The notes under the pieces were generated by a model. That model had not been told where the DNA came from, did no database searches, and saw only the letters and a program-made list of their open reading frames with translations. From Acidobacteriota bacterium (GTDB taxonomy: Bacteria; Acidobacteriota; Thermoanaerobaculia; Multivoradales; UBA5704): 18,605 nucleotides of DNA. The position numbers were made by a program, and so were the translations under genes. The stretch spans positions 1 to 18,605 of the forward strand of contig JBDTZG010000084.1 of NCBI GenBank assembly GCA_040005235.1. Direction: 5' to 3'. This document shows positions 1 through 8,727 of this stretch, piece after piece; the first letter of the stretch is position 1, and every line of letters begins with the position of its first letter.

Positions 1-364
1 CTGGATTCCGCCATCGCCCGTGGAACCCCGCTATCGAGAACGGGATAGCTGGCATTGCTCCTCGAAAGCCGCTATCGCTCGCGAAGAGCGACGTTGCGGC
101 GGCTGCGAGCGGCAAGCAGTCTCGGATAGCCGCTCTACGTCAAGGAATCGCGCGTTTTTCCTTCTGCATCCCGGATTCCGCGCCGGACGTCCGAATCCAG
201 CGGCCGAAAGCCGCTTTCAACGGTCACGCCGCCGCAGCGGCGGCCGCGTACGCCCAGCGGGACTCGCTGAGCGATTGCGCCGCCGACAGATCGGCTGCCA
301 TCACGCCCTGTGCGAGTCTGAGCTCAGTTCCGTGGCCCGGCCATCGGCTATCCTTCGGCCCGCC

Positions 365-1006
365 ATGACGAGCCGGAACGTCGAGGAGGCGTGGGACCTC
401 GCCAGCCTCCGCATCCACGTCGACGCCCTCCGCGCCTGCCGGCGTTGCCCCCGCGTCGTCGCACCTGCCGTCTCCGGCGAGCCTCCGAGTCAACGCCCGC
501 GGGTCCTCTTGGTCGGCCAGGCGCCCGGGCCGCATGAGCGGGAGGGCAACCGGTTGTTCGCTTTTACGGCCGGGACCCGGTTGTTTCAATGGTTCGCCAA
601 AATCGGCGTCTCCGAGGAAGAATTTCGCGCTCGGGTCTGGATGGCGGCGGCGATTCGGTGCTTTCCCGGGCGGGCTCCGCAAGGCGGCGACCGGGTGCCG
701 GCTCCGGACGAGGTCGCCACCTGCGCCGATTGGCTGGAGCGGGAATTCGCGTTCGTTCAGCCCTCGACGGTGATCGCGATCGGCCAGCTCGCGATTTCGC
801 GCTTCCTGCCCAAGCCCGCGCCGCTGGCCGAGCGGATCGGCCGGAGCTTCGACGTCGAGCAGTTCGGCCTCAGCTTCGAGTTGATCCCTCTGCCGCACCC
901 TTCCGGCCGAAGTACCTGGCTGATCGCTCGGGAGAATCAAGAGCGCCTGGCGCAGGCGCTCGACCGGCTCAGGGAAAGCCCCGGCTGGCGCGAGACGTTC
1001 GGATAG
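365..1006 (+). CDS. Uracil-DNA glycosylase superfamily protein (family 4/5-like, probable [4Fe-4S])
   Basis: Motif A LLVGQAPG, motif B LPHPSGR, four Cys (CRRC, RCFPG, TCADW). ATG 365 preferred over the track start at 20 because the N-terminal extension is not protein-like and TATCCT lies at 349-354. Confidence 0.88.
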   Translation: MTSRNVEEAWDLASLRIHVDALRACRRCPRVVAPAVSGEPPSQRPRVLLVGQAPGPHEREGNRLFAFTAGTRLFQWFAKIGVSEEEFRARVWMAAAIRCFPGRAPQGGDRVPAPDEVATCADWLEREFAFVQPSTVIAIGQLAISRFLPKPAPLAERIGRSFDVEQFGLSFELIPLPHPSGRSTWLIARENQERLAQALDRLRESPGWRETFG

Positions 1007-1018
1007 ACTTCCCGCACC

Positions 1019-1831
1019 ATGAGCACCGGATCAAAGCTCTCCTCGGCCGCCTTGCTGCTGCTCTCGTTCGGCCTGGTCGCTTCTGCCCAGATCTCCCGCA
1101 CCGTTCCTGCGCCCCGGATGATGCAGGGCGACCTGCCGAGCGGGGCGGATAGCGATGCGGCCAACGATTGGGCGCGCCGGCTGCACAAGGCGGACGAGCA
1201 CCTGCGGGCGGGGGAGTGGAACAAACCGCGGCGCGACACCGACCGGATGATCTACGAGATGCTGTTCGGGATCAAAGCCGATGCGGGAGCCGCGGCGACG
1301 CTCGGTCTCACGCTCACGTTTCGCGCGCTTGCCGAAGCCGGCGGCGGCGATGTCGAGGCCGGCCGGTGGAATTGGCTCGCCGCCCAGGCGCTTCAGCCGG
1401 ACCTGAACGAGGTGAGCCTCGATCCCTACGGCGCGGCCGGCAAGGCGCTCGATCCGTTCCGGCTCGGCGGCGACCGCTCTCTCTCGGCGTTCGCCGCGCG
1501 CTCGCTCGGCGTCGAGCCCGGGCCGCCGAAGGCGGATCAGGAGGCGAAGAAGCTTTCGGGCGCCGAGCCGCGCTACCCCAAGGCGCTCAAGGCGACCTGC
1601 GAGAAGGGGACGGCGCGGATTGCGGTGACGGTCGACTCAACCGGCCGGCCGGTCCATCCCCGTTGGCTCGATGCGTCGGGCGGCCCGGTGATGGCGCTCG
1701 CTCTGTTCGAGGCCGTGCGCGACTGGCGCTGGCAGCCCGCGCGACGTGGCGATCAGGCGGTGCCGATGGAGGTAAAAATCGAGCACCTGTTCGATCCCGG
1801 CAGATGCCGGCCGCGGGCCGGAAAGACCTGA
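1019..1831 (+). CDS. Exported protein with C-terminal TonB-like domain (energy transducer TonB family)
   Basis: Signal peptide (LLLLSFGLVASA-Q). C-terminal TonB_C pattern EPRYPKALK..GTARIAVTVDSTGRP..ALFEAVRDWRWQPARRGDQAVPM. Helical N-terminal domain. Confidence 0.75.
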   Translation: MSTGSKLSSAALLLLSFGLVASAQISRTVPAPRMMQGDLPSGADSDAANDWARRLHKADEHLRAGEWNKPRRDTDRMIYEMLFGIKADAGAAATLGLTLTFRALAEAGGGDVEAGRWNWLAAQALQPDLNEVSLDPYGAAGKALDPFRLGGDRSLSAFAARSLGVEPGPPKADQEAKKLSGAEPRYPKALKATCEKGTARIAVTVDSTGRPVHPRWLDASGGPVMALALFEAVRDWRWQPARRGDQAVPMEVKIEHLFDPGRCRPRAGKT

Positions 1832-1838
1832 GGCTCCC

Positions 1839-2870
1839 TTAGCGTTTCGCCAGGATCAACGCGAATAGATCCTCCGGGTCGGTGAACCATTCGGCGACCG
1901 AGAATCCCGCGGCGGCGAGCAGGCGCTCGGCCCGCGCGCGGTCGTACTTGGTGCTGATCTCCGTCAGGATCTCGTCGCCGGGTTCGAAATCGAGGGCGAG
2001 GTCGAGTGCCTGGAGCGTCACCCGTTGCGCTCGGGTGGCCACCAGCCGCATCTCGATCCGCGAGTGCTCGACATCGAAAAAGGCCCGGTGTTTAAAGGCC
2101 GCGGGATCGAAGTCTCCCTCGGCGATCCGGTTGGTCACGTTTAGGATGTTCAAATTGAACGCCGCGGTGACGCCGGCCGAATCGTCGTAGGCGGCTTCGA
2201 GGCGCGGAATCGGCTTGACCCGATCGACTCCGATCAGGAAGGCATCTCCCGGCGCGAGCTCGGCGTGAAGGTCGGCGAGAAAGCTCGCCGCCTCCTCCGG
2301 GTTCAGGTTGCCGATCGTGCCGCCCAAAAAGATCGCCAGGCGAGATCCCTCTTGCCCGGGCAGAGGAGCCAGGTCGGCGAGGAAGTTGCCCAGAATGCCG
2401 TGGACCGCCAGCCCCGGGTACTCGCTCGTAAGCTCTGCGGCGATCCGCCGGGTGGTCGCTTCGGCCACGTCGATCGGCACGTAGAGCCGGAGCGTGCCCT
2501 GGCCCCTAAGGGCGTCCAGAAGCAGCCGCGTCTTGGTCGCAGCGCCGGAGCCGATCTCGACCAGGGTGACCGCGCGGGTCGCCGCGGCGACCCGCGGCGC
2601 GATTCGTTCCAGCAGCGCCCGCTCGGTGCGGGTGGGGTAGTACTCGGGCAGCTCGCAGATCTGCTCGAATAGATCCGAGCCCAAGTCGTCATAGAAGAAG
2701 CGGGAGGGGATACGCGGCAGCGGCTCGCGGAGAGACCGCCCCAGCTCTTCGAGGTCTTGCTGGCGGCTGTCGGCCGAGCGCCTTTCGAGCCGGACGGTCC
2801 CCTTGGCTTCGGCGGCTTCGTCGGCGGCTGCGTCGGTGGCTTCGTCGGTGGCGGGAGGATTGGCGGTCAT
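1839..2870 (-). CDS. egtD: L-histidine N(alpha)-methyltransferase (hercynine synthesis, Methyltransf_33)
   Basis: Motifs FFYDDLGSDLFEQICELPEYYPTRTE, EIGSG, FLGGTIGN, AYDDSAGVTAAFN, EMRL, TEISTKY. Start ATG 2870 sits 7 nt after a TACACT box; the track extension to 3164 overlaps the divergent gene. Confidence 0.9.
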   Translation of the reverse strand: MTANPPATDEATDAAADEAAEAKGTVRLERRSADSRQQDLEELGRSLREPLPRIPSRFFYDDLGSDLFEQICELPEYYPTRTERALLERIAPRVAAATRAVTLVEIGSGAATKTRLLLDALRGQGTLRLYVPIDVAEATTRRIAAELTSEYPGLAVHGILGNFLADLAPLPGQEGSRLAIFLGGTIGNLNPEEAASFLADLHAELAPGDAFLIGVDRVKPIPRLEAAYDDSAGVTAAFNLNILNVTNRIAEGDFDPAAFKHRAFFDVEHSRIEMRLVATRAQRVTLQALDLALDFEPGDEILTEISTKYDRARAERLLAAAGFSVAEWFTDPEDLFALILAKR

Positions 2871-2877
2871 AGCGGGA

Positions 2878-2883
2878 AGTGTA
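2878..2883 (-). promoter_or_regulatory. Putative -10 box TACACT of leaderless egtD
   Basis: Minus strand GATACACT-tcccgct-ATG, with no Shine-Dalgarno sequence. Confidence 0.5.
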
Positions 2884-2916
2884 TCGCCCTCGGAGGTCCG
2901 GGTTCGTGTCCATGAC

Positions 2917-2968
2917 TGTCTTCTACGGTAGACGCTGCCGCCGATCCAATCGTCTACCCGCGAGGACG
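2917..2968. promoter_or_regulatory. Two dyad sites (YGTCT-N8-RGACG), candidate enhancer-binding-protein UAS
   Basis: TGTCTtctacggtAGACG (2917-2934) and CGTCTacccgcgaGGACG (2951-2968), centred about 85-120 bp upstream of the -24 element. Confidence 0.45.
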
Positions 2969-3011
2969 CGAGCTCGGATCCCGCTAGGTGGTCCCAAGGA
3001 AAGCTTCTTGT

Positions 3012-3024
3012 TTTCAGTCGGTTA
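3012..3024 (+). promoter_or_regulatory. IHF-like binding site
   Basis: TTTCAG-tcgg-TTA versus consensus WATCAR-N4-TTR (1 mismatch), in an AT-rich patch between the dyads and the sigma54 site. Confidence 0.45.
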
Positions 3025-3040
3025 AGGTCAATCTTTGGAG

Positions 3041-3057
3041 TTGGCACGAAGGTTGAA
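3041..3057 (+). promoter_or_regulatory. Putative sigma54 (-24/-12) promoter
   Basis: TTGGCACG-aagg-TTGAA versus TTGGCACG-N4-TTGCW; GG-N10-GA spacing; 30 nt upstream of ATG 3088. Confidence 0.6.
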
Positions 3058-3087
3058 AACAGTTCTGGCAGAAGGAGGTTCCTAACC

Positions 3088-3786
3088 ATGAACGGAATGA
3101 AACGACTGAAGGTTTGGAAGCTGACGGCGCTGTTTGCAGTGTTGCTGATGCTCCCGTTGTTCACGCCCGCCGCCCAGGCTGGCGGATTCTCTCTGGGAGC
3201 GCTCTTCCGGATCGGCGGCGTTCACTTCAACCTGACGTTCGGCGATTTCGGGTACGGCCATCCCCGAGGCTACTACTACCGCACGGCCGATCCGATCTCG
3301 TACGGCGGGTACCGGTGTAACTCCTACTGCTTCACCTCCGGCGGCTACAGCTATCACCACGAGAGCTGCCCGCTGGTGCGCCACCACCTGGCCTACTACG
3401 ACATCGACCCGCTCTCGCTGTACGACCGCTACGCCCCGAGCTACGGCGCCGGTTACGGCTACGACAGCTACAACAACTACAACAACAACTACGGCGGCTA
3501 CGGTGCCTATGGCGGCGGCTACTACAGCTACGACAACCGGTATAACGGCTACAACCGCTACAACGGCCGGTATGACAACTATCCCTATCGCGACCGGCGG
3601 AACGGTTACGACCGCGACCACCACGACCGCGACTATGGACGCCACGACCGGAACGACCGGAACGATCGCAACGATGGACGGCACGACCGGAACGATCGCA
3701 ACGATGGACGGCACGACCGCCATGACGGTGAGCATCACGATGGCGGGCATCACGGCGGGCACTCCTCGGGTCGCCCGCACAACTAG
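3088..3786 (+). CDS. Secreted low-complexity protein (Cys/His motif, Y/G/N-rich tract, RHD/RND repeats, His-rich tail)
   Basis: Strong SD AAGGAGGT (3072-3079) 8 nt before ATG. Sec signal peptide ending AQA. GC-rich third codon positions. Downstream hairpin. Confidence 0.85.
   Translation: MNGMKRLKVWKLTALFAVLLMLPLFTPAAQAGGFSLGALFRIGGVHFNLTFGDFGYGHPRGYYYRTADPISYGGYRCNSYCFTSGGYSYHHESCPLVRHHLAYYDIDPLSLYDRYAPSYGAGYGYDSYNNYNNNYGGYGAYGGGYYSYDNRYNGYNRYNGRYDNYPYRDRRNGYDRDHHDRDYGRHDRNDRNDRNDGRHDRNDRNDGRHDRHDGEHHDGGHHGGHSSGRPHN
3653..3719 (+). repeat. Intragenic perfect 30-bp tandem repeat (~2.2 copies; DRNDRNDGRH unit)
   Basis: ACGACCGGAACGATCGCAACGATGGACGGC at 3653-3682 and 3683-3712, plus a partial copy to 3719. 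Confidence 0.9.
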
Positions 3787-3827
3787 CAGGTTCCGCTACA
3801 CCAACCCTCTTTCTCCTCCCTCCTCCC

Positions 3828-3857
3828 GCCGGGGTGGGTCCCTCCACCCGCCCCGGC
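3828..3857 (+). terminator. GC-rich stem-loop downstream of the secreted-protein gene (terminator or 3' stabiliser)
   Basis: 12-bp stem GCCGGGGTGGGT / ACCCGCCCCGGC (one G.U) with loop CCCTCC; weak U tract (CCCTCCTTT). Confidence 0.55.
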
Positions 3858-3869
3858 CCCTCCTTTAGG

Positions 3870-3875
3870 TATAAT
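3870..3875 (+). promoter_or_regulatory. -10 box TATAAT of pcnB (leaderless)
   Basis: Perfect TATAAT 6 nt before in-frame GTG 3882, with no SD between them. Confidence 0.6.
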
Positions 3876-3881
3876 GTCGAC

Positions 3882-5204
3882 GTGAGCGTAGCCAGCGAGG
3901 TGCAACCGCGTATCCTTTCGCGGTCCGAGCACCCGATCTCCCGGAAGCAAATCAGCGGTCAGGCACTGAAGGTTCTCTACCGGCTGCACGGAGCGGGCTA
4001 TAAGGCCCACCTCGTCGGCGGCAGCGTGCGCGACCTGATGCTCGGCCGCCAGCCGAAGGATTTCGACATCGGCACCAACGCGCGGCCGAACGAGATCCGC
4101 CGCCTGTTTTCCAACTCCCGCATCATCGGCCGGCGTTTCCGGCTGGTCCACGTCTTCTTCCAAGACGGCGACACCGTCGAGGTCTCGACCTTCCGCCGCG
4201 ATCCGCGGCCGGAAGACCAGGAGACCGCCCCGGGCGACCTGCTGATCACCAGCGACAATACCTACGGCACGCCGAGGGAGGACGCGTTCCGGCGCGACTT
4301 CACGGTCAACGCCCTGTTTTACGACATCGCCGACTTTTCGGTGATCGACCACGTCGGCGGCATCGAGGATCTCGAACGCCAGCTGATCCGGACGATCGGG
4401 AACCCGGCGGTCCGCTTTCAGGAAGACCCGGTGCGAATGCTGCGCGCCTGCGAGTTCGCCGGCCGGCTCGGCTTCGGCATCGAATCGCGGACCCAGGAAG
4501 CCCTTCACCTGCACAGCCGGGAGCTGACCAAGGCCTCCCCGGCGCGAATGACCGAAGAGATCATCCAGCTGTTCCGCTGCGGCCGCTCGGGCGCCGCGAC
4601 CCAATGGCTCTTGGAGCTGGGGATCCTCGAAGTGATCCTCCCCGAGGCGTACGCGATGGTGGCTGCGGGGGAGCGGGGCCTCGGCGAATTCGGCCAGATC
4701 CTGCCGTCGATCGACCGGATGGTCGCCGCCGGCCGGAAGCCTTCCGACTCCGGCGCGCTCGCGGCGATCCTGCTGCCGCAGGTCATGCTGCGCCGGCACG
4801 ACATCGAGGCGCTCAACCAGCGGCCGATGGGCCGGACGGCGCTCGACAAGATGACCGAAGAGGCGGTGGCGCCGTTCTTCGCCCGCTTCACCCTCTCGAA
4901 CTTGAAATCTCAGCAGGTGCTCGCGGCGCTCCACCTGTTCCAGCGCCTGATCGATTCGGGCTGGAGCGCGGGCGAGCGGCTGCGGATCGCCCGCCGCGCG
5001 GGATTCGAAGACGCGCTGCTGCTGTTCGAAATCCTGGTGGCGGCAACCGGGGACGGTGCCGACAAGCTGGAGATCTGGCGCGCCGCGGGGTCCCGCGCCC
5101 GCTCGGGCGAAATGCCGCCGCCCGAAGAGGTGGTGGCGGCAGCCAAGCGGCCCCGCCGCCGTCGTCGGCGCACCGGCCGGCCGGCGGGCGCCGCCAGCTT
5201 GTAA
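3882..5204 (+). CDS. pcnB: Poly(A) polymerase I (polynucleotide adenylyltransferase)
   Basis: VGGSVRDLMLGRQPKDFDI, PAP-specific RIIGRRFRLVHV, RRDFTVNALFYD, EDPVRMLRA, basic tail KRPRRRRRR. Start at GTG 3882 is inferred. Confidence 0.92.
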   Translation: MSVASEVQPRILSRSEHPISRKQISGQALKVLYRLHGAGYKAHLVGGSVRDLMLGRQPKDFDIGTNARPNEIRRLFSNSRIIGRRFRLVHVFFQDGDTVEVSTFRRDPRPEDQETAPGDLLITSDNTYGTPREDAFRRDFTVNALFYDIADFSVIDHVGGIEDLERQLIRTIGNPAVRFQEDPVRMLRACEFAGRLGFGIESRTQEALHLHSRELTKASPARMTEEIIQLFRCGRSGAATQWLLELGILEVILPEAYAMVAAGERGLGEFGQILPSIDRMVAAGRKPSDSGALAAILLPQVMLRRHDIEALNQRPMGRTALDKMTEEAVAPFFARFTLSNLKSQQVLAALHLFQRLIDSGWSAGERLRIARRAGFEDALLLFEILVAATGDGADKLEIWRAAGSRARSGEMPPPEEVVAAAKRPRRRRRRTGRPAGAASL

Positions 5205-5217
5205 GACCGTCGCCAGC

Positions 5218-5257
5218 TTGTGAAATGAGTCACAGCTTCCCGCGGTTTCAATAGAAT
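5218..5257 (+). promoter_or_regulatory. sdhCAB promoter with Rex- or CRP/FNR-type operator
   Basis: TTGTGAAatgaGTCACAG (5218-5235) contains a perfect TGTGA-N6-TCACA. -10 TAGAAT at 5252-5257, 17 nt after GTCACA. SD GAGGA at 5278-5282. Confidence 0.65.
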
Positions 5258-5287
5258 AGGGCCATACCGGCCCTGACGAGGATCGAC

Positions 5288-5980
5288 ATGTCCTGGTTTT
5301 CCGATTTCTTTCGCTCCACCGTGGGCAAAAAAGCGGTGATGGCCGTCTCGGGGCTCGTGCTGTTCGGCTTCGTGTTGACCCACATGCTGGGCAACCTGAA
5401 GCTCTACCTGCCGGCCCATCCGGACGGCACCATCCCGATCAACGTCTACGGTGCGTTTCTCCGCCACATCGGCGAGCCGCTGGCGCCCGCGTACGCTCTG
5501 CTCTGGATCGCCCGGATCGTTCTGCTCGCCGCGGTGTTTCTTCACATCTGGGCCGCCTGGGCGGTCACCCAGGCGAGCCGCGCCGCCCGGCCGGTGCCTT
5601 ACCAGCGGCTGGAGGTCGTCCAGGCCACCTACGCTTCGCGCACCATGCGCTGGGGCGGCGTGATCATCCTGCTGTTCGTCCTCTACCACCTGGCGCACCT
5701 GACGTTCGGCTGGGTCCATCCCGATTTCGTCCTAGGAGACGTGCGGCACAACCTGATCGCTGGATTCAAGGTCTGGTGGGTCTCGGCCTTCTACCTGGTG
5801 GCGCAGATCGCCCTCGGCTTTCACCTCTACCACGGGCTCTGGAGCCTGTTTCAATCGCTCGGCTGGAACCATCCGCGCTACAACGCCTGGCGCCGCGGAT
5901 TCGCGATCGTCTTCGCCTGGGTCGTCACCCTCGGCAATCTCTCGTTTCCCGTGGCCGTGTTGACCGGGCTGGTCGCCTAG
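5288..5980 (+). CDS. sdhC: Succinate dehydrogenase/fumarate reductase cytochrome b subunit (b558 family, single membrane anchor)
   Basis: STVGKKAVMAVSG, HMLGNL, ASRTMRWGG, five hydrophobic helices with candidate heme-ligand His residues (FLHIW, LYHLAHL, FHLYHG); first gene of the operon. Confidence 0.93.
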   Translation: MSWFSDFFRSTVGKKAVMAVSGLVLFGFVLTHMLGNLKLYLPAHPDGTIPINVYGAFLRHIGEPLAPAYALLWIARIVLLAAVFLHIWAAWAVTQASRAARPVPYQRLEVVQATYASRTMRWGGVIILLFVLYHLAHLTFGWVHPDFVLGDVRHNLIAGFKVWWVSAFYLVAQIALGFHLYHGLWSLFQSLGWNHPRYNAWRRGFAIVFAWVVTLGNLSFPVAVLTGLVA

Positions 5981-5992
5981 GAGCCCGCGCAG

Positions 5993-7944
<1,952 letters not shown>

Positions 7945-7945
<1 letters not shown>

Positions 7946-8727
7946 TGGATCTGACGCTACACGTCTGGCGCCAGGGCGGCCCCGGCAAGCCGGGCCGGAT
8001 GGAACGCTACGAGGCCAAGGGGATCAACGAGCACAGCTCGTTTCTGGAGATGCTCGACGTCGTGAACGAGGGGCTGATCGCCGCCGGCAAAGAGCCGATC
8101 GCGTTCGACCACGACTGCCGCGAAGGGATCTGCGGCTCGTGCGGCTTCATGATCAACGGCCACGCCCACGGGCCTCTGCCGCACACCACCGTCTGCCAGC
8201 TCCACATGCGCCATTTCAAAACCGGCGACGAGCTGTATCTGGAGCCCTGGCGCTCCAAGGCCTTCCCGGTGGTCAAGGACCTGATGGTCGATCGCAGCGC
8301 GTTCGACCGGATCATCCAAGGGGGAGGCTTCATCTCGATCCCGACCGGCAGCGCGCCGGAGGCGAACCTGACCCCCGTGCCCAAGGGGCAGGCCGACACC
8401 GCGTTCGACGCCGCGACCTGCATCGGCTGCGGCGCCTGCGTGGCGCAATGCCCGAACGGCGCCGCCCAGCTGTTCACCTCGGCGAAGGTCTCGCACCTCG
8501 GCCTCTTGCCGCAGGGCCAGCCGGAGCGGAACCGAAGGGCGCTCGGGATGGTCGAAGCGATGGAGGCCCAAGGCTTCGGAGCCTGCTCCAACTACGCCGA
8601 ATGCGAGGCGGTATGCCCCAAGGGGATCTCGATCGATTTCATCGCCCGCCTGAACCGCGATTTCCTCGGCGCGAAGCTCGCGGGGGCGTCGACCGCCGAA
8701 GCGAAAGCGAAGGGCGGAGCGGGATGA
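7945..8727 (+). CDS. sdhB: Succinate dehydrogenase/fumarate reductase iron-sulfur subunit
   Basis: [10 protein letters not shown]...[27 protein letters not shown]; 1-nt overlap with sdhA (TAATG). Confidence 0.96.

Noticed and set aside
115-143. Minus-strand TTGACG as a -35 box
   Set aside because: No acceptable -10 hexamer at 16-18 nt spacing.
3600-3760. Possible CRISPR-like array
   Set aside because: Repeats are contiguous and in-frame coding, with no unique spacers and no cas genes.
3082-3780. Val-rich antisense ORF resembling a membrane protein
   Set aside because: Mirror of the GAC/AAC/TAC/CAC codons of the plus-strand gene, which has the SD, signal peptide and promoter.
8139-8723. N-terminal extension of track ORF 8139-9404 (likewise extensions at 20, 3164, 3834, 9212 and 14017)
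   Set aside because: The extensions overlap other genes or promoter regions; internal starts are supported by stop/start overlaps, SD motifs or -10 boxes.
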